Assembly (NCBI RefSeq): GCF_009914755.1
Contig: NC_060926.1
Direction: 5' to 3' (one strand)
DNA length: 64,000 bases
Source: the human T2T-CHM13v2.0 reference genome, Homo sapiens
Notes under the pieces: model-generated
The model's input: the letters and a program-made list of their open reading frames with translations, nothing else
Databases searched by the model: none
What the model was told of the DNA's origin: nothing
In this document: positions 21,596 through 38,694 of the stretch, one piece after another
Layout of the letters: each line of letters opens with the position of its first letter
Position numbering within the stretch: the first letter of the stretch is position 1
Program-made: the position numbers and the translations under genes

Positions 21596-22320
21596 GTTTT
21601 TAGAAGTATCACTAGCTAGTGTGGTGCCCTAAGCATGTAAACTGAGTAATGCTCTTGGCTGTGTTCATTCATTCATTCATTCATTCGTCCATTTCCATCA
21701 GGAATTGTAAAGAACAGGAGGTCCTAATGACTTTAGATGTCCATTAAATTTAAATGAAACTAAGTACTGATCTGCTGACCCTGACTCAAAGGACGACTGG
21801 CTGAATTTGGGCAGCAGATCTAGCGAAGACTATACAGTGAAGTTCCCAAGTCAGCGTCCACTGTCCTTCCAAGCCACGCTTTTGCGCTTCCCTTCCCGGG
21901 AGCATGTCTGTGGGCTCAAGGCCCACTCACTGCCACCTCCCCATGTGATATGCTGGGGGTTCCCTCTGTGGCCCCAGTAGACCACCTCCGAGGTGATGCC
22001 AATGGCTGGGAGACTGGATTGTTTGACCCCATGACTCCGATGCTCAGTAGCTCACACTCTCTGAGACCAAGAGTGGGGAACAGTGAACAATTGGCAGAAA
22101 GCAGGTGGAAGTCAAAGGATTTTCTGAGGATAATTGGCCAAGTTACTGTGTTAGATTCTAAAGCACATTCGTGAAGCTCCGGGAGAGAGAATATCAGGGA
22201 AACTGAGAGCCTAGATCAATGTATTCAAGGGCGTAGGGATCGTAAGATGAACAATGATGGCTCACCACACTGTGGGAATGTTTCATGGTGTGTGGACTAG
22301 TTTCTAAACATGTACGACTC

Positions 22321-22637
<317 letters not shown>

Positions 22638-22900
22638 TCATTTATGACTCTCCACACCTCCATGAGGAAGGTATATTTATATGCATTTTATGGGTAAGGA
22701 AATTGAGGTTGAGCCAGAATGAAAGACTTATCCAAGGTCACTGAATCAGTTAATAGCAGAGCAAAGTCCACTCCACAGCAAATCTCCCAGCCCAGGAAGA
22801 TGCCAGGGGTTCTGACTTGCAGGGTGTTCTCAGGCACGTGGCAGAGCATGTTCAGTTCAGCAGCTGCTTGGCCCCATTCAGCGCAAGGTAGAGTTAATCT

Positions 22901-23197
22901 CAGCTGGGAGGAGTAGCTCACACCTGTAATCCCAGCACTTTAGAAGGCCAGAGTGGGCGAATCGCTTGAGCCCAGGAGTTTGAGACCAGCCTGGGCAACA
23001 TGGCGAAAACCCATATCCACAAAAAATTAAAACATTAGCTGGGCATGGTGGCACGTGCCTGTAGTCCCAGCTATTTGAGAGGCTGAGATGACAGGATAGC
23101 TTGAGCCCAGGAGGTCGAGGCTACAGTGACCTATGATCATGCCATTGCATTCCAGCCTAGGTGATAAAATGAGACCCTGTCTCAAAAAAAAAAAAAA
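22901..23197 (+). mobile_element. Alu (AluJ-like)
   Basis: Alu consensus. Confidence 0.88.
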
Positions 23198-23324
23198 GTC
23201 AATCCCAGCAAAGAGGGGGATCTCAAGCTTGTACCCCTTTTTTCCCTTTGGAGGTATCCTCTCTTCACCAGGTACTTGGCCATACTCCGCAAGTCCAGAT
23301 AAAGATATTCTGTCCTCTTTTAAA

Positions 23325-23624
23325 AATTATTTTTATTTTTTTTTGAGATAAGGTCTCAGTCTGTCACCCAGGCTGGAGTGCAGTAGCGCGTTCTTGGCTC
23401 ACTGCAACCTCCACCTCCCAAGTTCAAGGGATTCTCCTGGCTCAGCCTCCTGAGTAGCTGGGATTAGAGGCTCCCACCACCACGCCTGGCTAATTTTGTA
23501 CTTTCAATAGAGATGGGGTTTCGCCATGTTGTCCAGGCTGGTCTTGAATTTCCTGAACTCAAGCGATCTGCCCGCCTCCGTCTCCCAAAGTGCTGGGATT
23601 AAAGGTGTGAGCCACGACGTCTGG
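23325..23624 (-). mobile_element. Alu
   Basis: Alu consensus. Confidence 0.88.
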
Positions 23625-24497
23625 CTATTCTGTCCTCTTTTAAATGAGCTCCAGACGCCAGTGAGCTGAAGGAGCTCTCTGGGGAGCACTGTGGTCCTGG
23701 AAACACGTGCTTGAGACACCTCCCCTCAGAGGTTCCCGAGCTGACGTCTTCTTCCAGGCCCAGCACCTGCTGGCCGCCGCCCCAACTCTTTTTCCAGAGC
23801 TGTTCCATCCTTCCCTGCCTTCTGCCTGTAGCCTTCAGGTTTCTTGGGCTTTTTTTCTATCATTATTTACATGATTTTTGTTAGCATTTCATGATTTTTT
23901 TCATATCTTAATTCCTGTTATTGGACATCCTGGAGTACTCATGTCCTCCGCGTTGGATCCCACGCGATAAGCATCTGTGATGAAATGCCCGGCACAGTGC
24001 CTGCCAGATAGTAGAACTTCAGTACGTATTAGTGGGATCTGGAATGACATTTCTGTCAAGGAACGTCACATTGCACTGTCTTTGGGGCACATCTGAGGGT
24101 CTCGCACATCCTGCTCATTCACTTAAACATTGACAGCTCTCACTTGGTGCCAGGTCTGATGCTGGGTGCTGGGGACACACAGCTGGATATCTTGGAAGGC
24201 AGGAGAGAAGGAGGGGGCATTCTGGTGCAGGGTTGTGTTGGCAAGACTGGCGCGGGGGGCGCTGGGACACAGCTGGGGGTGAAGTAGCAAAGGCAGGCCA
24301 GGGCAGCTCACAGGCTGCTTCTGAGGCTGAACCTGCAGATGGCCACAGAGCTCAGAGAAGGGGCCTGGCACGTGGGAGATGAGTTACTGAGATAATCCAG
24401 GCAGGCAAAGCCTGCTGGAGGACTTGGGGACTTGCAGTTTTGGCAAGTGGTAGGAGGGAGTTGCTGAGGAGGATGACCGGGGGATGTGCATCTATAG

Positions 24498-24842
<345 letters not shown>

Positions 24843-25767
24843 TAAGTGTCCCGGCACCAACCCTCGGGCTGCTCTGTCCTGGTCTTAGATGGTCTGAACT
24901 TTTCCTTTCCTGAATGACTGGGAGACAGAAAGCAAGGAAAGGCCCATAGCTTCTACCAAGGATTACCAAGTAGAGCTTGGGAGAGATTCTGTTTGTCTAG
25001 TACCATGCTTCTGTCTGATAAAATGTCAGGTGGGAAAGGGTGGAGAAGCAGACTCTGAAATGTGTGCATTCTTAGCGCCACTTTGCAAAAATACGTGTGC
25101 ATATGTGCATGTGGTAGAAGCTGATGTGCAAGAATGAGGATTAGTCAAATGTTATCCTTCAGAAAAGAATAACTGCTGTGAAAGAACTCTCAGTAAATCT
25201 TCATGTTTTTGCATCTTAGAAGGTATCCATCCATAAAGTGGGGACTTTCCCCTCCCCTCTCACACATGTAATCACAGGGCACAGGAGTCTTCTTTTCATA
25301 CAAGAGTGCCAATATCTCAGAGTTTTAAGGGAACAGGTTTCCACTTTCATTTTCATGTGAAGCCAGTTTCTTCCATTTGTTTAATCTTACCAAAAGGGAA
25401 AAACTTGAATTCTCATTTTCGTTTCAAATTCCATTGCCAAAGGCTCTGGCCTTTTACCTGGATGAGCCTTGGGTAGTTCTGCCATCAAAGGCAAGTCTGT
25501 GCCTAGGTTTCATACTTCTAAGTAGTAAAGAATTCCCTTGAGGAAAATAAGCGTTTAAAAAGAGTTTCCCAAATTTCTAACAAAGTAGAACATGGGTCTA
25601 TTTTGCATTTTTCGTTAGCATAGTGTTTTTTTTTTTTTTTTTTTCACTGTGGATAGTGCATAAAAGGATCTAAAAACAGGGTGGAGTTTCTTTTAGCAGT
25701 CAAGGAAAGCAACCAGCAGGTATTTCACAATGACCTCTTGTGACTTATCTTGAATGTTAGGGCTTGA

Positions 25768-26348
<581 letters not shown>

Positions 26349-26542
26349 TAAACTAATCATCTTGAGAAAGAGATGAAGTCACAGGTAATGAAGTTGAACA
26401 TTAAGGGATGGGAAGACCCTGGATGTTGTGAGTTCGGGTGCAAGGGCCATGAGAGCTGGGCTGTGTCCTGCCTCTGAATCATGGGAAAGGGTCGTGTTAC
26501 CACTGTGACAGTTAACGACAGGCGTTTGTTTGTGTTTTCTAG

Positions 26543-26566
26543 CTTTCTGGGAGAGCTCACCTCCAG
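26543..26566 (+). CDS. SAG: SAG exon 13, 24-nt microexon (G-FLGELTS-S)
   Basis: ttttctag|CTTTCTGGGAGAGCTCACCTCCAG|gtaagc; phase 2-2; supplies the known FLGELTSS segment. Confidence 0.95.
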
Positions 26567-26901
26567 GTAAGCCTGTTCACCTTCCTTGTTTGATTGTTTC
26601 TCAAGATATCAAAGGCAGCAAACTTGGGGCTCCAAAACGGTTTCTGATGAAAGCTGCTTTCTGGACAGTTGTGCTCAGAGGTGTTAGGAATGATGCTTTG
26701 CCTTCGGATGCATCACAGAACCGTGGCTCATAGGCGTTTCTTTGGGACCAGATTTCTTTGGGACCACAGCTAGACCTATGCCTGGGTAAGGACACACACA
26801 TACACACCCAGAAAACTGGCACACTCCATGCAGCCAGCTTGTGTGTGTGTGTGTGTGTTTGTGTGCGGTAAAATACACATAACATAAATTTTACCATTAT
26901 A

Positions 26902-27402
<501 letters not shown>

Positions 27403-27489
27403 TGAGATGATGCAGTACATAACCTCAATGCCTGTCTCAAATGTTTCTTAACTTGCTGCTGCTTCGTGCATAATTTAAAAGGCAGCTGT

Positions 27490-28482
<993 letters not shown>

Positions 28483-28849
28483 TAGTCTTTCTTGACCGCA
28501 TCTCAGAGCATGGGAGTGGCCAGGTGTAAGAGATTCCATGTGATCTACAAGGTGAATAGTCTGGGGGGAAGGGAGGGCCCATCTGTTCAGCGCTGAGCCG
28601 GGTAGATTATCCACCTTCAGCTGGAGTCTGCAAGATGTAGCATCCTTGCTCTTGGACAGGGACAATCTCGTGAGGTTTTATCATGAATGATTTAAGAGCA
28701 GAAGCTCTGCTGTCAACAGACCTGGATTTAGAATTAAAGATGATTTAGGTAAAAACTTAATTTTAGAGCACGAGGATTTTGCATTTCATTTGGAAACAAA
28801 AGGCCTCATGTTTCATTTGAAAGCATTAACAGACATTTAAAAGAAGATA

Positions 28850-29471
<622 letters not shown>

Positions 29472-30251
29472 TGAAGATAACTATTTTTGACAGTGGCAGT
29501 TATGGTAAGAATACAGAAAATACTAGAAAAGAGGGTCAGGCTGGGTTCCTGACACCTCAGCTCATTTGAATTATAAATCTACTGGCTCTTGTATGGATGC
29601 GAAATGATGCAATAGTTGTATGACTCTGAAAACATATAAAAACCACTAGACTGTCGACTGTGAAAAGGTAAATTGTATGATATATGAATTTGATCTCAAT
29701 CATTCTCTTTCTAAAAAGGTAAATGAAGCAGCAAAAATAATATAGGTGAAATCTCAGAAATTCTGAAGAAACATTCTCTGCATCGAGGCAGCTTAGTTGA
29801 CGGGAAAGAAAAACAGATCTGTCTAAATGAGAACTCTCCGTAGGTATAGGAATAAGGGATATTTTAAGTAAAAGTGGTATAAACAAGCAGGGTTTATTTT
29901 TCTCATACTTTACAAATAGCTTTTCTATATTGGTAGTGAAATGCCGTTTAAACATTAGAATGAGCCCCCACTATTCATTTTAGGTTTTGTCTCAACAGTA
30001 CTTTGTTTCAAAATAGCTCTTCCAAATACTTTGGATTCAGATCCTCAATGAACTTTTCCAAAACTGTCCCTTGGAGAAAAATGTAGTCCAGCTATATGTT
30101 TTCAGTTCATTTATGCTTGTGTCATTAAAATGTTACTTTTTCATGGTGTGGGATTAAGATGCTTTCTGGTTCCTTTCAAGGACATTAAAAAGATAGTCAC
30201 TTGAGGAGATGTCATAGTTTATGTTGGGTTGTTTTCTGGAACTTTGAGTAG

Positions 30252-30620
<369 letters not shown>

Positions 30621-31558
30621 TAACAGTGAACATATCACAATGTCAGGATGAAACAATGATCTTTTGTACTGTGAGATTTCTGGGAGCAAAGGTTAAGACA
30701 AATCACCCCATGGTTACAAAATTCTGATTTCTAGAGATATGAGATAGATATGAGATAGATGAGATTTCTAGAGATAAATGTCATCTCTCCTGTCTTCTCT
30801 GCCTAGTTCTCGGCTCCCTGAGTCTAGGCTGGTAGGATTCTAAGCAGAGAAAGCATAAGCTATATGTAGTTAAGCCCTGCTGGAGCCTGGGGACCAAGTA
30901 ATTTGTGTGTAATAAGTGCTGTGACATGCTACCAAGTTTTTATTGTCCCCTGTCAAGGGCATCTTTACTGAATCCGAAGATGCTGATTTGATTCTTCCTT
31001 GTTGTCTACCTCTGCAAGGCTGATGGTCCCGCTTAGTGTAATTTCTTCGCTGAGCACTGTGGGCCGCAGGGTATTTCTTGCTCAGGGGATGTTTTGACAA
31101 GCTAGCCTCTCTAGGGCCCCTGTACGTAGCGACCCTCATAGACACTCCCTCCCAGTGCTGGCTTCCAGGTGGGCACCAGAGGCGAGAGTAGGGGCTCACC
31201 ATCAAATCGCCGCTGTGCTCCCCAAAACTAGGTGGGCAGAAAGCTAAAAAAGTACAAAAACCATTCAAATTAATAGCAGTTAGTCTGGGGATACAACACA
31301 TGTGAAAACATAACTCAACAACAACAAAATCAATATGTTAACAGAAATTGAAAACTTTGCGGCTGGGGGTTGGTCCTCAAGCTTTAATGCACACTCTAAC
31401 CCTGGGGTGCTGGTGAACGTCAAGTCCCAGGTCTCAGGCCTCTGAAGCCTGACAGATGGAGGTGCCAGGGTGCACATGCTCACGGCACCCTGGCGACCCT
31501 GACCTCAATGGGGTCCCGAGGACATGGAAGGAGAAATACTTTGAAAGGCGAAGCAACT

Positions 31559-31822
31559 GGCTGGGCAGGGAGGCCAAGGCGGGCGGAACACTTGAGGTCA
31601 GGAGTTCGAGACCAGCCTGGCCAACACGGTGACACCCCGTCTCTACTAAAAATACAAAAATTAGCCAGGCATGGTGGTGGGTGCCTGTAATCCCAGCTAC
31701 TTGGGAGGTTAAGCCAGGAGAATCACTTGAACCTGGGAGACGGAGGTTGCAGTGAGCCGAGATTGTGCCACTTCACTCCAGCCTGGGCAACAGAGCAAGA
31801 TGCCATCTCAAATAAATAAATA
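31559..31822 (+). mobile_element. Alu with deletion near the 5' end
   Basis: ggctgggca joined to gggaggccaagg. Confidence 0.85.
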
Positions 31823-31959
31823 AGAAAGGAGAAGCGACATCAGAGGGGGCAAGGCTGATCAGGGAAAGCATCCTAGAGTTGAGACTGGGGGGGTTTCATG
31901 TGAGGAGGTGAAGGCTGTGGCACATTGTAAAGGAAGCAGTGATTTAAAATGCAAGGAGA

Positions 31960-32340
<381 letters not shown>

Positions 32341-32491
32341 TCATGAACTGCATGTATCTAGGCCTTATCTCTCAAATTGTAAAGTCACCTAAAAGGTAGA
32401 CATTTTCTAGGTACAGCTATGATATAGAATTTAGACTAACAAATGTCTCTCTCTCCCTCTTCCCTGCCTCCCTTTTATTCCATGCTTACAG

Positions 32492-32501
32492 CTAAGGAAA
32501 G
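32492..32501 (+). CDS. SAG: SAG exon 15, 10-nt microexon (A-K-E-S)
   Basis: gcttacag|CTAAGGAAAG|gtgagt; needed to keep frame between exons 14 and 16. Confidence 0.93.
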
Positions 32502-32869
32502 GTGAGTGAGCCTCTTGAATGTGGCCCTGATTTGTCCTATGCTCTGGGACCTTCTCCTCCAGCACAAAACCCTCTTTGAGTCTTTGCACATATCCCAAGC
32601 TCTCCTGCCGGCTCAGGAGGCACATCCGCTACTTCCCGTCTGCTCCCTAGTGCTTACGGCACGCACGCACCATTACACTGGGTGTGCTTGCTCACTCTGC
32701 GCGTGCCTTTGTTTTCTCCCATTGGTGCTAGTTAAAGGAATTTTAAACGAAGCCTTGAGGAAAATGGCGTGCCCCCATGTTCTATCATGGGGAAAACCTT
32801 GATCAGTTCCTTCGTTGCAAAAAGATCAAGGATCTTGTTTCAGTTTCAGCTTCAAAGGGCGTGCAATGA

Positions 32870-33001
<132 letters not shown>

Positions 33002-33118
33002 AGATGTTGGCTCAGGATGCCGGAAAATGACCTGTAGTTACCAGTGCAACGAGCAAAGCCCCACAGTTTAGTCCTTTGGAGTTATGCTGCGTATGAAAGG
33101 ATGAGTCTTCTTCCGAGA

Positions 33119-33170
33119 AATAAAGCTTGTTTGTTCTCCCCTGGGTCATGAGTTGGTTGATTTGTTGGGG
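33119..33170 (+). terminator. SAG polyadenylation signal AATAAA with downstream GU-rich element
   Basis: AATAAA at 33119-33124, about 120 nt after the stop; gttggttgatttgttgggg at about 33152-33170. Confidence 0.85.
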
Positions 33171-33363
33171 AGGCTGAGTTGATGACATGACACAAGCTGC
33201 CACCATTAGGGTCCCTGGAGTGGGAGGGTTGGGGAGAGGGAGGCCAGCCTCCCACGGAAGGGCTCACCACTCCCATGAGGGAGAGAAGGCGTCTGGAAAT
33301 CAATGTGCTCACCAGGTGGGGCCCTCGGTGTGTCCAGGGGCTTTCCTAGGAGTCCCAGTCTGA

Positions 33364-33953
<590 letters not shown>

Positions 33954-35679
33954 TAGTGGGAGGACCCCGGTGTGATCAGAGAACTGAAGGACAAACCTGA
34001 GCTGCCACACCTGGGGTAAGCAGGAATCAGAGAAGCTTCAGGGGTCAGGGACCCACTCTCCAGGGCGGCTCTTCATGCAGCTCAGCACCATACGTTCCCA
34101 GCTCTGCGTCTCTTGGTCCCAGTGGGCAGTTATTGGGAAGGAGAATCCAACTGGCTCAGCTTTGGCTGGGAGGATCAACACCCCGTGGTCAGCGATGGCA
34201 GAGCCCAGCCCTGGAGATGGAGAGTCCCAGAAAAGGGGGTTGATTGTGAGTCACATGGGCTTACTTAGAGCGTGCTTCACTGAGACTGGGCGTGAGAGGC
34301 ATAGGGGAGAGCACTCTGAGTGTCAGGGAGGAAGGTGAACTGCAGGTGGAGGAGGGATAATAGAGGTGATACCAGGGCCTTTCCTTTGTGGGGTCCCTTC
34401 CTGCCCTGAGGTACCCACCGGGCCTGCTGCTGATGGCACAGATACTGAACAGGCTCATGGCGGCCAAGGAGAGGATGGAGATGCATAGGCTCTGGTCCAT
34501 CTCTGGTCCATGCTTTAAGGGAGCAGGGTAAAGGGGGGTTGGAGATTCCTCCACAGTTCAACCCACTCACAGAAGGCAGAGGGTGAGTGGGAGGGGTTCT
34601 AGATGGGGAGTACACGTGGATCAGGCTTCTGGGATGGAACATGGCGACAGAGGGCTGGCCAGGGTATGGGTTCCATACACATGAAGGTTCCCAGCATCTG
34701 GGGTTGTTCAGAAGGATTCCAGCTGTTCGGGTCCTGGAGATTGGGATTTAGATGAGGAGGCTCCACTTGGGAAGCTTGGATGGGATCCCAGACAAAGCGA
34801 GGTGTGGACCCGTGTGCTGGCTCACGCATCCTGGCATTGGGAGGAGGATTTATAATACACTAGACTACAGGTGGAAGATTGGTCCTTCAGGCTGCGAGTT
34901 AGCAGGATCAGACACAGTCCCTCGTTCTTTTTCTCTCTATGCTAAGGTAATGGTGCACGACCATTTCAACCCATGCTCCCCTCAGGGCACGCAGACAAGG
35001 GATGGCCAGGGTGGCACACTCCTCTGAGGATTCCCAAAGCTGTTCCCCATTGCACTGAGCCCTTCCCCTGTCCTCTGCCACAGCACACAGGCTGCTGTGT
35101 TTAGCTCCTGCTAGAGCTCTTGGGCTAGCCCAGGGCCTGGGATTCTGCCCTGTGGTGCCTGGTGAGAGGACCAGCCCGTTGGTTCCTGCATTGCTTGACC
35201 CCAGGACATCCTAAGTCAGGGTGGACGTTAATAAGCCCGACCTTTGGAACTACGTGGGTGAGAGAGCTGGAGGGAAGGGCTGGAAGACCAATCCCTGGAG
35301 AGCAGAGGTCAGCACAGCCCTTACCCTCCTAGTTATTTTGGTGCCAAAATGTCTCGATACGCCCTCCAGGTGCTGGCTTGTTTATGGCCTGCAGCTGGCC
35401 ACGCTGGGGAGGGAGTTGGGGGAGGAAGCGAGCAGCCAGCTGCCCTGAGCAGAAAGTGGAAGCTTGGCTCAGCTCAGCCTGCACATGTGTGGGGCTGTCT
35501 ACTGGCATGTAGTGTCCCTTGGTATCAGGAGGCAGGAAGTCTACGTGCAGGTTGAATGTGTGGCCCAGAGTTTTTGGGACAGATGCAGTGCAAGAAACGG
35601 GGTACAGAGCAGTTGAAGGTGCTGCATGGAGAAAGTTCTGCAACCAGCAATGAAGGGCTGGAGAAGGGGGATGGATCCC

Positions 35680-35900
35680 TGCTATTGATGGAGTGCCTAC
35701 CTTGTGCCAAGTACTTCACATCTGACATGTAACCATTTCAGTAGTACTTATAAATCAGTAGCATCATTCATATTTCTTAGATGAGGAAATTGCGGTTCAG
35801 AAAGGTTATGTACCTTACACATAGGTCACACAGCTAGTGAGAGTCAAGGCTTGAATGCTGGTGTCCCTGAGTCTATAACTAGACCTTTGCCCACTGTATG
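35680..35900 (-). mobile_element. MIR
   Basis: agatgaggaaattgcggttcagaaaggttatg...ggtcacacagctagt. Confidence 0.8.
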
Positions 35901-36014
35901 GTGCTGAATGGAAGTAGGAGAGTTTGGTGGAGTGGGGGGAGGGAGATTAGCATTTAGGATTCAACAACAACTGCCCTTGGCCCTTGCTATTTTTTTTTTC
36001 CATTGAAATTTTCA

Positions 36015-36313
36015 GGCTGGGCGAGGTGGCTCATGCCTGTAATCCCAGGACTTTGGGAGGCCGAGGCGGGCGGATCATGAGGTCAGGAGTTCAAGACCAG
36101 CCTGGCCAACATGGAGAAACCCCGTTTCTACTAAAAATACAAAAAATTAGCTGGGCATAGTGACAGGTGCCTGTAATCGCAGCTACTCAGGAGGCTGAGG
36201 CAGGAGAATCGCTGGAACCCAAGAGGTGGAGGTTGTAGTGAGCCCAGACTGTGCCATTGCATTCCAGCCTGGGCAACAGAGCGAGACTCCATCTCAAAAA
36301 GAAAAAAAAAAAG
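36015..36313 (+). mobile_element. Alu inserted in an old L1M fragment
   Basis: TSD gaaattttca. Confidence 0.9.
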
Positions 36314-37219
36314 AAATTTTCATTGAGAGACTTGCACATTCACATGCAGTTGTAAGGGGTAATACGGAGAGACCCCAGGAACGCTTTACCCAACTTCCTC
36401 CAGTGGCAACATCATGTAAAGCTACAGTACAATATCCCAGCGGGGTATCGACGTGGGTCCAGTCTGCTCATCTGACTGAGATCTCCACAACTGGATTTGT
36501 ACTAGTGTGTGTATTCAGTTCTCTGCAATTTTGTCACATGTGTGGTTAATTCCTTTTTAGGGTGTCTGTTTTCCTACTCCTTTAACATTTAAAAAACCTT
36601 TCTTCCTTCCAGTTTCATTTCACAGGACTGAGTCGCATTTACTGATCTTTGAGGAGTAGGGCAGGTGCGGGGTGGGAGTTGGGGACATTTGGAAATGTGT
36701 ATGGTGGTTTTTGGTTTTCACATGCTTGGGGACCAGAAGCTCTATGTCACATGCAGTGGAGAAATGTGCTGCTCCAAATGACAATCATGACCCTAGTTCA
36801 GGGTAAAAATTGGATGATTCCCATGTTTTCAAGTTTCCCTTTTATATTCTCCAATGTGAAGTGGTTCTTTCTGACAGGAGTTGCGCCTCTTCACTGACGT
36901 GTCACAAAGAAGAATTAGGTTGGACGTGAAGTGTGTTATTACTGCCATCTTGATATGCCCTCAAGGTGGGGTAGACTCAGGGAGCAGGCTGTCGTTAGAG
37001 ATGATTCATAGTGTGACTCATTCAATAAAGAGGCACCGGAGGGAATGTGCTCTTCCAGGCCACCGCTTTGGGGGAGTTGATGTCTCAGCCCTTCCTGAGA
37101 TCTCCAGGGGAACAGCGCTGTGCGCTCACCAGGAGAACAAAAAAGCTGCTTCATCATCAAAGAACATTTATGCCAGTTTTCTTTGCTTTAAGAATATAAT
37201 TCTTACCAAGCCTAATCCT

Positions 37220-37720
37220 CTTTTTTTAAAATACACTTTTTATTTTGAGTAGTTTTAGATCTACAGAAAAGTTGCAAAGATGTTATACTGAGGTCCCCCA
37301 CACCCAAAACCCCCTATTATTAACCCTTACATGAGTAGGGTACATTTGCCACACTGAGTGACTCAAATGTTGTTTCCAGTAAAATATACTTATTTCTTTC
37401 CAACTTTTATTTTAGGTCCAGGGGGTACATGTGCAGGTTTTTTACATGGGTAAATTGCATGTCATGGCGGTTTGGTGTACAGATAGATACTTTTGTCACC
37501 CAAGTAATCAGCACAATAATCCCCGATAGGTAGTTCTTCAATCCTCACCCTCCTCCTACCCGGGAATCAATATTGATGCATTATTATTAAACTAAAGCCC
37601 CATACTTAATTCTGATGTCCTCAGCTTTTACCTAATGTCCTTTTTCTGTTCTGGGATCCCATCTAGGAACCCACGTGACGTTTAGTCATCATGTCTCCTT
37701 GGCTCCTCTTGTCTGTGACA
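37220..37720 (-). mobile_element. Old L1M 3' fragment with an inserted older-L1PA 3' end (about 37395-37560)
   Basis: aacttttattttaggtccagggggtacatgtgcaggtt. Confidence 0.7.
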
Positions 37721-37850
37721 ATCTCAGTACTTTCTGGTAATTGCAGATTTCCTCCTCTCCAGCCACGGTTTCTGCTTCTTAACCGTCACGTTCATGCCCT
37801 TGCCTCCTTGACTCTAAAATGATGAGTTCTGGGGCCTGGATGTCCCCTGA

Positions 37851-38184
<334 letters not shown>

Positions 38185-38694
38185 GGCAACAGCATTTTAA
38201 TGGCCTCCCTATTTCTAGTCTTCTCTCCTATGGATCATTCTCTGCCCAGACACATGAGTTCCTCTGCTTTCCCAAACCCCCTTGCCAGCTCCAGTGCCCA
38301 CGGGACTGAAGTCCTTGCCTCAGAGCAGGGCCGGGAGGCTACTCTGCATCCTGGCGCCGCTGCTCACCTCCCTGCCTCCCGCACCCGCCTTGCTACCGGC
38401 TTCACCAAAATCCCTCGTCACCCGCTCTGCTCACCTGGTAGGGGTAGTCTCCCCGTTTTTGCGTTTTCCTGGGAAACTCCCTTCATATCTGACCTCTCCA
38501 TTCCAATCCCAAACCCTGCTCAGGTCACCCGGCTCCCCCGCGGAATGAAGGAATGAACTGTTTCTTCCCCTGTGCGTCCCCGCCCCTCCTCCGCCTTGCA
38601 CACTCCTCCAGGGTTTTGCCTCTGTGTATCACTCCACATGTAGTTAATTGATAGAAAAGTCCCAACCCTGTGGGGAGGCTGGAGCCCTTTGTGC

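Noticed and set aside
26515-26542. In-frame upstream AG 21 nt before exon 13
   Set aside because: It has no polypyrimidine tract of its own
30728-30778. Short (GAGATA)-type repeat flanked by tttctagagata
   Set aside because: Looks like simple slippage; no repeat-spacer or functional structure
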